Source of the DNA: the human T2T-CHM13v2.0 reference genome, Homo sapiens | Length of the DNA stretch: 64,000 bases | Assembly (NCBI RefSeq): GCF_009914755.1 | Contig: NC_060935.1 | Direction: 5' to 3' (one strand) | Shown here: one piece after another, positions 18,355 to 38,309 of the stretch | Numbering within the stretch: position 1 is the first letter of the stretch | Layout of the letters: the number at the start of each line of letters is the position of its first letter | Made by a program: the position numbers and the translations under genes | The notes under the pieces: generated by a model | Told to the model about the DNA's origin: nothing | Seen by the model: only the letters and a program-made list of their open reading frames with translations | The model's database searches: none

Positions 18355-18650
18355 GGGCCTGATAGCTTACGCCTGTAATCCCAGCACTCTGGGAGGCCAA
18401 AGTGAGGGTATCATTTAAGGCCAGGACTTCAAGACCAGCCTGGGCAACATAGTGAGACCTCATCTCTTCAAAAAAAAAAAAAAAATGAGCCAGACATGGT
18501 GGCATACACCTTTATTCCTAGCTATTCAGGAGGCCAAGGCCAGAAGATCACTTGAGCCCAGGAGTTTAAGGTTATGGTGAGCTATAATTACACTACCGCA
18601 CTCCAGCCTGGGCAACAAAGCAGAACCTCTTAAAAACAAACAAACAAACA
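18355..18650 (+). mobile_element. Alu (J-like)
   Basis: Dimer. Confidence 0.88.
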
Positions 18651-19199
18651 ACATCAACAACAAAAAACTAGAAACATGGAACTCAAACTTCTGAAGATGA
18701 AAGCTGTAATATCTGAGATGAAAAATACACGGGCTGGGTTAAAAGCACACTCAACAATGCAGGAGAAAAAATAAGTGAGCTTGAAGCCATAGCAAGAGAA
18801 ATGATCCCAAAGAAGCCACAGAGAGAGAGAAAAAACTGTTGCCATTAAAAGAGTATCAGCGGTTCTGGGATAACTACGCAATCCCAGATATTACATGTAT
18901 GTGTAACTGCAGTCCCTAAGGTAGGGATGGGGAGAACAGAAAAATTACTAGAAGAAATACTGGCCAGAATTTTTACAAATTTGACGTAAACAAAAAATCC
19001 ACAGATCTAAAAAGCACAATGAGCTGCAAGCACAAGAATCATGAAGGAAACTACACCAAGCCACATCATAATCAAATTGCTCAAAATCAGTGATAAAAAG
19101 AAAATCTTAAAATCTGGTAGAGAAAGTAGACATTTTGTATATAGAGAAGATCAAAATTAAGGATGACAGCAGATTTCTTATCAGAAAACAATGGAAGTG

Positions 19200-19557
19200 T
19201 AATATGGTTTGGCTCCATGTCCGCACCCAAATCTCAACTTGAACTGTAATAATCCCCATGTGTGGTGGGAGGGACCCAGTGGGAGGTAACTGAATCACAG
19301 GGGCGGTTTCCCTCATGCTATTCTCGCGATAGTGAGTGAGTTCTCATAGATGTGATGGTTTCATAAGCATCTGGCATTTGCCCTCCTGGTACTCATTCTC
19401 TCTCCTGCTGTGCTGTGAAGAGGTGCCTTCCACCATGCTTGTAAGTTTCTTGAGGCATTCCCAGCCATGCGGAACTGAGTCAATTAAACCTCTTTCCTTT
19501 ACAAATTACCCAGTCTTGGGTATTTCTTCATAGCAGCATGAGAATAAACTAATTATA
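19200..19557 (+). mobile_element. Solo THE1 LTR (THE1C/D-like) inserted in an old L1
   Basis: TAATATGGTTTGG...CTAATTATA with 5-bp TSD AAGTG. Confidence 0.88.
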
Positions 19558-19583
19558 AAGTGAGAAGACAGAGGAGCGACATC

Positions 19584-19897
19584 TTTTTTTTATTTTTATT
19601 TTTTTGAGACAGGGTCTCATTCTGTCGCCCGGGCTAGAGTGCTGTGGTGTGATCTTGGCTCACTACAACCTCCACCTTCCGGGTTCAAGCAATTCTTGTG
19701 CCTCAGCCTCCTGAGTAGCTTGGACTACAAGCACGTACTATCATGCCTGGCTAATTTTTTTTTTTTTTTATATGTTTAGTAGCAACGGGGTTTCACCATG
19801 TTGGCCAGGCTGGTCTCAAACTCCTGACCTCAAGTGTTCTGCCCACCTCAGACTCCCAAAGTGCTGGGATTACAGGAGTGAGCCACCGCGCCTGGCC
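19584..19897 (-). mobile_element. Alu (S-like)
   Basis: TSD GGAGC(G/A)ACATCTTT. Confidence 0.92.
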
Positions 19898-20294
19898 TGG
19901 AGCAACATCTTTAGAGTACTGAAAGGAAAAAGCTATTAACCTATACTCAGGGAAAATACCTTTCAAAGACAAAAGAATTACAAAAGCTGAAAGAATTCAT
20001 CACCAGCAGATCTACACTACAAGAAATGTTAAAGGAAGTCCTTCTGGCAGTAGGAAAATAATGCCAGATGGAAGTATGGATCTACAGAAAAGAAAGAAGA
20101 GCACCAGAAATGCTAACTACACAGTTAATGTATTAGATTTTGTACTTATTATTCAAATCCCTTTAAAAGGTAATTGACTGTTTAAACAAAAATGACCATG
20201 TAGTGTTAGGTTTATGACATATGTAAAAGTAAAATAGATGACAATAGCACGTCGGCTAGGAAGAGAGAAATGGAAATAGAGTTTTGTGAAGTTC

Positions 20295-20425
20295 TTTTTG
20301 TTGTTGTTTAGAGACAGGGTCTCATCATGTGATCCAAGTTGGACTCAAACTCCTGGGCTCAGGCAACCCTCCCCCTTCAGCTTACCAAACAGCTGGGAGT
20401 ATGGGTGCACATGACTGTGCCTGGC
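20295..20425 (-). mobile_element. Alu monomer (FLAM-like)
   Basis: Single arm. Confidence 0.75.
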
Positions 20426-20569
20426 AGTTCTGTACAGTTCTTATACTATGTGGAAAGTGATATTGTATCACCTAAAAGTAGACTGTGATAAGTTAAATGT
20501 GTACTATAAATCCTAAAGCAACTGCTAAAATAACACAAGTTATAGCTAGTAAACCAACAAAGTAGATAA

Positions 20570-21030
<461 letters not shown>

Positions 21031-21304
21031 TCATATTAAATGTACATGGTCTGAAGACCTCAGTTAAAAACCGGAAACTGTCAAATTGGATAAAAATGCA
21101 AAACCCAATTACATGCTGCCTACAATAAATACCCTTTAAATATAAAGACACAAATAGATTAAAAGTAAAATAATGACAAAGATATGCCCTGTTAGCACTA
21201 GTCAAAAGAAAGCTGGAGTAGTTATTAATATCAGACAAAACAGATTTCACAGTAAAGAATATTACTCTGAATAAAGAAGGTTATTTCTTTTTTTTTTTTT
21301 TTTA

Positions 21305-21491
21305 GAAAAAAAAATTAAAAATTAGCCAGGCATGGCGGCACACATCTACTGTCCTAGCTACTTGAGAAGCTAAGACGAGAGGATCCCTTCAGCCCACTAG
21401 TTCAAAGTTACAGAAAACCACGGCCACACCACTGCACTCTAGCCTGAGCAACAGAGCGAGACCCCATCAACATTAAAACAACAACAAAAAA
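21305..21491 (+). mobile_element. Alu right arm
   Basis: Right monomer motifs. Confidence 0.8.
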
Positions 21492-23739
21492 AATCAATAT
21501 AATTCACCATATTAACAAACTAAAGCTAAAAACCATATAATTACCTTGATACAGAAAAAGCATTTGACAAAATTCAACATCCACCTCAGATAAAAACGCT
21601 GAACAAACTAGTAAGATCCTTAACTGCTAAAGGTTATCTATGAAAAACAAAGGAATAAGATGCCCACTCTCACCACTTCTATTTGACTTCGTACTAGAGG
21701 TTCAAGCCAGTGTAATACAGAAAAAAAATAAATAAATAAGAAGAAGAAGAAAAAGAAAAGGAAAAGAAATAAAAGGTATCCAGGGTGGTGGAAAGGAAAA
21801 GTAAAACTATCATTATTCACAGGTAATATGACTGTCTATGTAGAAAATCTGATGGATGTACAAAAAAGCTATTAAAAGTTAGTTTAGTATGGTTGCAGGA
21901 CACAATATAAACATACAAAATGCTATTATAGTTCTATATACTAGCAATGAACAATTAGAAATTAAAATTAAGAAAGCAATAAAATAGCACCAAATTTATA
22001 TAACACAAAACAATTTAAAATAACACCAAAAAATATGAACTACTTAGGGAAAAATCTGATAAGACATATAAAACCTGTACCCTGAAAAGTACATAATGCT
22101 GTTGAGAAAAATTAAAGATGACCTAAATAAATGGAAAGATATGCCATGTTAATGGATCAGAAGACTCGGTACTGTTAGGATGTCAAATATCAATCAAAAT
22201 CTTGAAAGGTTTCTTTGCAGAAGTTGGCAAGTTGACTCTAAATATGTATGGAAATACAAAGAACCCAGAATAGCCAAAACAACTTTGAAAAGAACAAAGT
22301 TACAAGATTAACACTACTTGATTTCAAGATTTAATATAAGCTACAGTAATCATTTAATGTAAGCTACAGTAATCAAGACAGTGTGGTATTGGTATAAATG
22401 TAGACCAACAGATCAATGAAACAGAACAGAGAATCCAGAAGTAGACGAACACATATACAGACTAATAACATTTTGACAAAAGCAAAAAGGCAATTCATTA
22501 GAGAAAGGATGGTCTTTTCAACAGATGAATATCTATATGAAAAAAAAATGGACGCATAACTTATACTACTTACAAAATTAACTTGAAATGGATCAGAGAC
22601 TTGAACGTAAAACCTAAAACTATAAAACTTCTACAGGGAAATATAGGGTAAAATCTCTATGTGACCTTGGTAGGGCAAAAGTGTCTTAGATACAATAAAA
22701 GTATAATCCAACTGATAAATTGGGCCTCATCAAAATAAAAGATTTTGTTCTCAAAAAGACAATTAGGCACACACAAATCAAAATCACGTCTCCCTTACAT
22801 TTTCTAGTCTTCTCTCTTTACCTTTCATTCCTGTTCCAGGACCCTCATTAAGATGACCTTTTGGCAAAGTCCTTTTGGCAAAGGCTTGAGGACAAGTTGT
22901 CCATGCAATTAGACTACTTTAACTCAGTTAGAACATAGGTTCCTGAACTAGAAAATGTAAGACTTTGAACTAGAAAATGCAAGACTTTGTCTAAACTGTC
23001 AGCAGTTATATCTTCAAAGCCTAGAAACAAGCCTGGCAAATTCATTCATCTGGCAAATATTTCTTGAAGACTTGCCATACATTTGGCATCTGGTAGGTAG
23101 TTATAAAATGCAGCAAATGAGTGACCAAAATATACAAAAATGCCTTAACAAGGACACTGAACATCCTGCAGGAAGTGAACACACTACTTAATCTAGTACT
23201 TCAAGCTGAAACCATTCTCTAGCTAAACTAATGTAGATGAGTCCTCTGAACAAAAGGACATGTTCAATCATTTGTGTAGATTATAACATCCCTACATGCT
23301 GGGTACAATGCCAGAAGAATGGGGGTAAGAAAATGAGTAAATACAATCTCTGTCCTTAAGCTGTTCCCCAATAATGATAGCTAGAAAAAGTAGAGATTAT
23401 TGAGTAAAAGCATGCACAAAGCACCACAGGAACAGAGAAGAAGAATCAACTGACTCAGTCTGGGGGCATCAGAGAAGGTTTCATAGAGAAGGAAATGTAT
23501 CTGCTAGGTTTGTGTGGCAAATACCATCAACTGCTTACTCATAATTCATTCACCCCTTCTTTCTTGCTCATAGACCTTCATACTGTTCAGGGTAACATTA
23601 TACCCAGTTCAATGTTCACTTTCACAGCTTCCCATGCACTTGAGGTTGATCATATAATATGATTTTGGCCTATGAGACAATGAAAGTTGTTAGAAATTTC
23701 TGGGAAAGCTTTTCCTTTCTGATAAAAGTGGGAAAAATA

Positions 23740-24056
23740 GGCTGGGCACAGTGGCTAACGCCTATAATCCTAGCACTTTGGAATGCAGAGGTGGGAGAAC
23801 TGCTTGAGCCCAAGAGTTCGAGGCCAGCCTGGGCAACATGGCGAGACTCTGTCTCTAAAAAATATAAAAAATTAGCCAGGTATGGTGGTATGTGCCTGCA
23901 GTCCTAGCTACACGGGAGACTGAGGTGAGAGAATTGCTTGAGCCTAGGAAGTCAAGGCTGTGGCGAGCCATAATCGCACCACTACCCTCCAGCCTAGGCA
24001 ACTGAGTGAGACCCTGTCTCGAAAAAAAAAAAAAAGAAAGAAAGAAAAAAAAAAAA
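23740..24056 (+). mobile_element. Alu (J-like)
   Basis: Dimer. Confidence 0.9.
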
Positions 24057-24136
24057 GGTGGAATGGTGAATATAGCCGGCATCAACCTTCCCCTCTTCTT
24101 GCCTCGAATGTGAATATGAAAAGCTTCTGGGGCTGG

Positions 24137-24421
24137 AGCTGGGTGTGGTGGTTCATGCGCGTAATGCCAACACTTTGGGAGGCCAAGACAGGAGGATCAC
24201 TTGAACGCAAAAATTGAAGACCAGACGGAGCATAGCAAAACCTTGTCTCCACAAAAAAAAAAAATTTTTTAATTAGCCAGGCATGGGAGCACATGCCTGT
24301 AGTCCCAGTTGCTTGGGAGGCTGAGGCAAGAGAATCACTTGAGCCCAAGAGTTCAAAAGCTGCAGTGAGCTATGTTCACACCACTGCATTTTAGCCTGGG
24401 TGACAGAGAGAGACCCTGTCA
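24137..24421 (+). mobile_element. Alu (J-like)
   Basis: Dimer. Confidence 0.88.
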
Positions 24422-24834
24422 CACAGGCAGAAAAAAGGGCAGAAAAGAAAGAGCTTCTGTAACCATGAGGCTTTCATTGACATCATTTAAAAAAAAAAAA
24501 AAATGAGGCAACAGTATGACCATAAAAGCCAACAACAAGGATTCACTGAATAAAAAGACAGAATCTCAGTTCTTGTTTACATGGTTGAGCAGCTGAGCCA
24601 ACCCCAGCAACCACCAATTGTGTACTTCTTGCTAATATAAGAAAAAGAACCCCCTATTTGTTTAACCCACTGCTGATTAGGGTCTCTACTACATACAATG
24701 AGATCCATTCCTAACTAACAGTGTTAAAGGATGAGAAGAAGATAACCAGGCAAAAAGAAAACAAGGAAGAAGACTGCAGGCAATGGGAACCACATACACA
24801 AAGGCAGAAACAGATAAAGAGGCTGGCATATTTA

Positions 24835-25236
<402 letters not shown>

Positions 25237-25598
25237 TTAAGAATACCAAGCTGCAAAATCTCTACATTAAAAAAAAAAAAACCCACTCATGTAAGTTCAG
25301 GTATCTTGAAACTTTGACACTGGAACAAACTCACTTGGGTAACCTACTGAGTCAACCAATCTTCCCAGAATCCTGATGTTCACTCTACATGTCTATCTTT
25401 GCCTTAAGAGATCCCTTTGGCTGAAGGTAAATCGTCTGATAATAATAATCAGCACATCTATTCATAAGCAACAAGACCTATTTTATCAACATCAAATGGA
25501 CCATAAACTTGTTTCCAGCATATGATAATCTTCCATTACTTCTTCGAGTAATTTTCCATTACTTCTTCAAGACATAACTGGCAAGTTCTCATTCCTCA

Positions 25599-25841
<243 letters not shown>

Positions 25842-26268
25842 CTACAAAAAAAGAAAAAGCAGTTGAGAACACATACACTTTTTCCTTTTAACCCAAGGAA
25901 TGCAATTCCTGATTTTTTTATCTGATTTTTTTTTACAGTGCTAATTTACTTAGCAGGAAATGATGAGAACAAAAGAGGAAAAACTGGAAAAAATAAATAA
26001 ATAAAAGGAAAGGGACTCAGACACAGAGGAGAGAAAAGTCAAAGAGTTTCACTTAAAGATATCCAACAACTCAATGAAAGTGGAGATAAGATCTTTATGG
26101 GCAGAGAGAGATTCTGCCATGAAAGAAAAGGTGCTAATTATCTCAAAGGTCAGGGAGAAAGGAAGGAATGTGGGAGGTCAATTTAACAAACCAACAAGGT
26201 TAAATTCTGGCTCTCTTGATTTTTTATTTTTTCCCTCATATCACTTTCCTTCTTTCTGCAAAAAAACC

Positions 26269-26568
<300 letters not shown>

Positions 26569-26941
26569 CAAAACACCTTTTTAATCTCACCAAATATTTC
26601 TGTTCCTCTTTAACTGCCCATGATTTTTGAAAAATATCTAGTCTACTAAGCAAAAAAAAAATCTGCTCCACTAAAGCAGAAAAAATGAAATATTTCACTA
26701 AAAAACAGCCCAACAAGATTATTACATTGGCCCATTGGTTTATAAGTAACTTACGAAAGTAATTTAACAGTGAGAATTCAAGAGGACTAGATTCTAGGCT
26801 CAGCTCAGCTACATATTAGGCATTTAATCTTGGGCAAAACACTTAGGCTCTCTAAGCCTTGGTTTCTTTGGCTATAAAACCTGTTCTATCTGCCTTAGGT
26901 TGCTGTGAAACTCAAAGGGCAATGGATCTAAAAGAGATCTG

Positions 26942-27245
<304 letters not shown>

Positions 27246-27479
27246 CTAAGATTACTATCATGGTCTCTCCAATCACTGTGCTGTAGTGTTCACATAGAAT
27301 GATGGCAGACTCTCCCTGATGTTCAAAGCGGAAGCTACTCAGATTTAGATTAAAGTAGCATTTACTAGGATAACATCTGCCAGATGGAATTCAGAGTCCC
27401 CCATACAGAACATTCTTTCACTGCTCACAAATATGAGTTGTCCAGAACTGGGTGCTTTCTCATCCCATACCTTACTTCA

Positions 27480-28215
<736 letters not shown>

Positions 28216-28220
28216 GGTAA

Positions 28221-28524
28221 AGGCCAGGCGCAGTGGCTCACATCTGCAATGCCAACACTCTGGGAGGCTGAGATGGGCGGATCACTTGAACCCAGACTGT
28301 TGCCCAGACTGGTCTGGGCAACATGGAGAAACCCAGTCTCTACAAAAAAATGCAAAAATTAGCCAGGGATGGTGGCATGCACCTACAGTCCCAGCTACTT
28401 GAGAGGCTGAGGTAGGAGGGATCACCTGAGCCCAAGAAGCTGAGGCTGCAGTGAGCCATGATCACACCACTGCACTCCAGCCTGGGCAACAGAGTGAGAC
28501 TCTGTCTCAAAAAATAAAAAATAA
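28221..28524 (+). mobile_element. Alu (J-like)
   Basis: Dimer. Confidence 0.88.
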
Positions 28525-28807
28525 ATTCCTGGTGAATTTGTGAATTCTATACTCAGTGAAAAGAACCCTAGGAGTGAGTTCAAAAAGTCTAGGTTCCAGA
28601 TTTGACTCTGTTATGATCTCCCTCTATGACCCTGGATATACCATTCTCTCTTTCTGAGCCTCAGTCTTAATTTGTAAGGTTTAGTGGCTGATCTTTGTTC
28701 TTTCTGTGCTTCCTTCTGGATTTAAAATTGCTTCTGAGAGAATGTAAAGAGATAGTGCTCACACACTGCTGATGGGGTAGATAATCTGGATTAACAAACA
28801 ATTTAGG

Positions 28808-29129
<322 letters not shown>

Positions 29130-29324
29130 CTAGCTATCCCTATTTTACAGACAAAAACTGACACAGAGAGGTTAAGTAACATGCCAAAAGTCACACAGCT
29201 ATTAACTAGTACAGCTGGGACTTGAACTCAGCTACCCTGACTTCAGTCATATGCTTAAGCTCTTAACCATCTACTCTTCTCCTCTTTAGCGGTCTTGTAC
29301 ATTTAATTTAAATACTTTGTAGTT

Positions 29325-29832
29325 TAACAATGGTATACTATTCCACCATAAAAATGAATGAAATCCTGTCATTCATGGCAATATGGATGAGCCTGGAGCA
29401 TATTATGTTAAGTGAAATAAGCTAGGCACAGAAAGATAAATACCACATGTTCTCACTTGTATGTGGGAGCTAAATATGTTGATCTCACTGAAGTAGAGAA
29501 TAGAAGAGTGGTTACCAGAGACTGGGAAGGGTGGCAAGGAGGAGGAATAGAAAGAGACTGATTATCCAATACAAAATTATGGCTAGACAGGAGGATTGCA
29601 GTCTTCTATAGCACTGTAGGGTGACTACACTCAACAAACATTTGTTGTATTTTTTCAAGTAGCTAGAAAAGAGGATTCTGAATGTTACCAATATAAATAA
29701 ATAAAAAAGGTTTGAGATGATGGATATGCTAATTACCATTTGATCATTACATACACCCCCATTTGATCATTACATACATGTACTGAAATATACCATACCC
29801 TGTAAATATGTATAATTATGTGTCAATAAAAA
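29325..29832 (+). mobile_element. L1MA-like 3' end
   Basis: ATGTTAAGTGAAATAAGCTAGGCACAGAAAGATAAATAC...TGTCAATAAAA. Confidence 0.8.
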
Positions 29833-30208
29833 TGTGTGTGTACATATATATTTAAATACTTTGTAGTTCTTGTCCCTGTTGGAATGTTCTTGCAGGTATA
29901 AATTACAGAAGCCTTTCATATTTGTATATTTATCTTATACTCATGAATCTGTTCTAGCCAAGACAACATTGCCTTCATTGCAGCACATTATTAAATGCTT
30001 AAGGGTGCTTCTGTTCCATTCACGTAACAGAGATAACAATATTACCAATGTCATAGACTTGTTTTGAGGATTATATAACAATAAATGTCAAGGATTTAGC
30101 ACAGTGCCAGGCACATAGTACATAATAAATGTTAATCAACATTTATTATATATATGTATGTATGCCTTTAAATTTTTACATATTTTTAAATTTCATACAG
30201 GTTTTTAA

Positions 30209-30478
30209 CTTTTTTTTTTTTTTTGAGACAGAGTTTTGCTCTATTGCCCAGTCTGGAGTGCAGTGGCACAGTCATGGCTCACTGCAGCCTTGACTTCCTG
30301 GGCTGCCAAGTAGCTTGGACTATAGGCACACAACATCACACCTGGCTAATTGTTGTTGTTGAGACAGAGTGTCGCTGTGTTGCCCAGGCTGGTCTTGAAC
30401 TCCTGGCCTCAAGCAATCCTCCCACCTCAGCCTCCCAAAATACTGGGTGGGATCAGGTGTGAGCCACCACACCCAGCC
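30209..30478 (-). mobile_element. Alu (J-like)
   Basis: TSD CAGGTTTTTAA. Confidence 0.88.
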
Positions 30479-30600
30479 AGGTTTTTAAATTTTATACAAG
30501 GATTATCATTCCATAAGCAGTCTTTTGGTAGTAACTTCAATCAACATTAGGTTGAGATTCAACCATTTTGTTGTGTGTAGCCATACTTCATTCATTTTCA

Positions 30601-31290
<690 letters not shown>

Positions 31291-31679
31291 CTAGCTGTAT
31301 TCCAAAGTGGTTGCAACAATTTACATTTTTAACCAGCAAACTAAAGTGATCCTACTGATCCAAATCCCTCCCAAAACTTGGTATTATCACACTTCTTGAA
31401 ATTTGCCAACAAAATGAGCATAAAATGGCACTGCATCGTGTATTTGATTTCACTTCCCTGATTAAGAAATTAAGAGAAATTAAGAAATGTGCATTTTTTA
31501 CGCAATGCCTGTTCATATCTTATGCCATGTTTCTATTGGATTGCTTATCACCTTCTTACCCACTTGCAGTTCTTTATATTCTGTTGATATTAACTCTTTG
31601 TAGGTTATAAATGTTATGTATTTCTTCAGTTTTTATCTTTAAGGTGTCTTTTTCTTCATTTAGAAAATCCAATTTATCA

Positions 31680-31972
<293 letters not shown>

Positions 31973-32306
31973 CCCCCAATTATCAATCTTTTATTTTCTT
32001 TGATGGATAGTGCTTTTTATAACTTGTTTACAAAACTCCTTCCCTAGCCAGAAGTCAGAAAGGTATTTATTAATTTTTTTTTCCACAAGATTTAAACTTG
32101 TGCTTTTGACATTTAACTTCTTAATCCATCTGAAGTTGATTTTGTTATGGTTTACTTTTTTCCCCTACAGATAAGCAATTTTTCCAGCTCCATTATTAAA
32201 TAGCTCTTCCTTGAGTGTGTATCCCTATTGTATATCTAAATGTTGTTTCATTGATCTGTTTCTCCCTATGCCAACAAGTCATATTCTAAAAGAAAACACT
32301 GCAGGG

Positions 32307-32747
32307 GCTAGGGGAGGGATAGCATTAGGAGAAATACCCTAATGTAGATAACAGGTTGATGGATGCAGCAAACCACCATGGCACATGTATACCTATGTTA
32401 CAACCCTGCACGTTCTGCACATGTATCCCAGAACTTAAGATGTATATGTGTCTGTGTGTGCTTGTATATTTGTGTATCTGTGTGTCTCTGTACGTGTCTG
32501 TGTCTACGTGTGTGTTGTTCCTGTATGTGTGGTCTGCGTCTGTGTGTGTGGCTGTGTATGTTATCTCTGTGTCTTTGTGCCTCTGTGTGAGCTGTCTGTA
32601 AATTTGTGTGTGTGTATCTGTGTCTGTGTTGTCTGTGTGTGTGCGTTTTCTGGATGTTTACGTGTCTGTGCATGTGTGTCTATTGTATTTCTGTGTGTTG
32701 TCTCTGTGTGTCTGTATTGTCTCTGTGTCTGTGATAATAAAAAATAA
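32307..32747 (+). mobile_element. 5'-truncated L1PA 3' terminus containing a ~290-bp TG-rich block
   Basis: GGGAGGGATAGCATTAGGAGAAATAC...GTATCCCAGAACTTAAG; TSD-like AAAAGAAAACACTGCAGGG / AAAAGAAGACACTGAAGGG. Confidence 0.88.
32441..32732 (+). repeat. Degenerate TG/TCTG-rich simple repeat
   Basis: Low-complexity TGTG/TCTG/TATG text seen directly. Confidence 0.95.
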
Positions 32748-33564
32748 AAAAGAAGACACTGAAGGGTAGGCGTAAGTCCAGCTTAATATAACTATTTCAT
32801 AAACTCTCAATCTATTAAAACTGCATGTTTAACAAGTCCATGTGTGTATCATTCAATAAACATTTGCTGAGTGCATAAATTACTCTGTCTACCAATCTAT
32901 AACTAAGAGAGCTTTCCCATGTCAAAAATTCAAAGACTGTAAGAATCACTTTAAATTTCACTTTCTAGAGCTCCTCCACTGGATAACAACTTTGAACCCC
33001 ACCTAGTCAAAAGGCCAATAAATGTTTAACTTAACACCTAAAAACACGCTACATTTTGCTTATTCCTTTAAGATTTTAAAATTATGTCATCAGGCTGCGC
33101 CATTAGAAGAGATAAAGACAGAATTAAATCATCTAGTCATGAAGATCACCTGCCTCATAAGCCCTGTCCATACACCTAACAAAACAAGCCACTGTGACCC
33201 ACGAAAGGCACACAATGCAATCATTTACCTCCTCAGTTACCCTCTCCTCAGAAGAAAAAAGCAGTTTCTCCAATAGGAAACACAGAAACAGCTAGAAATA
33301 CCTACATCTACTAAACAATGCTTGGTTGGCTTTTCTCCCACTACTGTGAACCAAATATAGAGTCTGTAAAGAATCTTTAAAACTCCAAATGCTGTGTCCA
33401 CATTTGTAGAAACCTTTGGTCAGAGGTGGGTAGAGAAGAAATATGCCCATGCACATTTCAGAGATGAATTAGATTAAGATAAGATAGGACCCTCTGAGTA
33501 GGCACCACTAGCCATTCTTTGCAAAAATTGGTTGAAGTTAATATACCCTAGAGACTGAGTTTTA

Positions 33565-33882
<318 letters not shown>

Positions 33883-34812
33883 CTAAAGGAGGGAGTGGTA
33901 AAAAAGCAAATTACTACACTCATACAATAGTCAATTACTAGACTCATACAATAGCCTCATGCTGTTTCCTCCCATCATACAGAGGGGCTCTAGCACACAG
34001 AAGCACTTACAAAATACTAGGAACTCCTCATATATCCTCCTTCCTCAGCTGACGAGGGGTTACTTCTTACCTAACAGCTTTGGGGAGAGTAGCCTGGAAG
34101 AGGTACCGAATGCCAAGTGATCAGTTTTCCTCTGTTAACCTCCTGCCTTGTTGAGAGGGATGATGGGTAGACTTAGCTGCTCTGAGGTAGTGATCACATG
34201 GATCCCCCAAATCCCAAGAAGTCTCCCAAATATCTTCCGCTCAAGGTCACAATGATCTTTCCCAATGCTCAATTCCTAATACCAAAAAACAGCCAGCCTG
34301 TTTCTCCAGTCTATCCTCATGTTATTCATTGAAAAGGAGTTCAACACACAGATGACTGGGAAAAAGCTATTGAAGGAGTGTCCTGAGAAAATGGGGGAAA
34401 AGTAGGAAAAAGGGGTCCAAGATAGAAAAAAATGGTACCCCTTTCTTTACTCTAATATCCTTTGCTTAATTCTGTAATATAGCTGTGGATGAAATGCCTC
34501 CTTCCTGAACTCAGACAACGAAGCTCCAAAGAGAAGCCTAAGACAAAGGATGCCTCACAAAGGCAGCTCAGTACCTTCACTTGCTCAGGGCCAGCTGAGC
34601 TCATGTGTTGGTGCAAAAAGGAACAAAAAGCTTTTTACAGACTTCTGATGCCCAAAGACGGCAGTAACTGATGAATTCTGATTTGGTGGGCTAGGAAATG
34701 TACACTCTCTGTCCCTCTGGAGAAAGTCCTTTTTATAAACCAAGCTTGCCCCACCTCACTACCCTGATGATGCCCCCTTATACGGTCCCAGGTAAATTTC
34801 CCCAGCCCTGCC

Positions 34813-37439
<2,627 letters not shown>

Positions 37440-37979
37440 CTGCCCCAAAGCTTCCTTCTAAGACTGTAGTTAAAAGATACCACATACTTTAAAGATGTGC
37501 ATCAAAATATCAAAAGTAGTTATCTCTGGGTGGTAAAATTTGAGGTAATTTTAATTTTATTGTTTATGCTTTTGTGCACTGTTAGCATTTTTTACTATGA
37601 ACATGTCATTTCTGAGACACCCCAAAGTCGTCTTTCAAAGCCAGCTCTCTTCCCCTAGTCTAAGGTTTTCCACGGGAAATACATAGGCTCAGATACCCCA
37701 GAGCTTATCTGCTAAAAATCAAGGTAGAAAATATCCAGCTATATAACTGCTCCCACAAATGTGTGACCTTCAGAAGACAGGTGTGGATGAACTAGGACTC
37801 TGAAACCCAAGAACCACTTATGAAGCACACACAGTTAATTCTACTGTTCCACTGTCACCACTCCTTCCCAAGCAGACTACAGGGGAGCCAGAAGCTCAGA
37901 TACAAAGTTTATAGCAGGGATGGGGAATACAGCAACATGGAGGCTCCAATAGCCCAGAACAGAGGGAACTTTTGGGTTT

Positions 37980-38309
37980 CTTTTCTGTTTTTTTTTTGAG
38001 GTGGAGTCTCACACTGTCACCCAGGCTGGAGTGCAGTGGCGCGATCCACCCAGGTTGGAGTGCAGTGGCGTGATCTCGGCTCACTGCAACCTCTGGCTCC
38101 GGGCTTCAACAATTCTCCTGCCTCAGCCTCCCACGTAGCTGGGACTACAGGCGTGCACCACCATGCCCAGCTAATTTTTTTGTATTTTTAGTAGAGATGG
38201 AGTTTCACCATGTTGACCAGACTGGTCTCGAACTCCTGACTTCAGGTGATCTGCCCGCCTCGGCCTCCCAAAGTGATGGGATTATAGGCGTGAGCCACCG
38301 CACCCGGCC
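37980..38309 (-). mobile_element. Alu (S-like) with an internal 29-bp duplication
   Basis: TSD AACTTTTGGGTTTCTT. Confidence 0.93.

Noticed and set aside
22944-22987. Two-copy 15-23-bp direct repeats (also 3694-3749, 22339-22376, 25531-25568, 29737-29778, 33911-33953, 53044-53094)
   Set aside because: Only two copies each; ordinary local tandem duplications, not an array or CRISPR-like system
32356-32747. Cys/Val-rich and His/Thr-rich ORFs
   Set aside because: Translations of the TG-rich simple repeat
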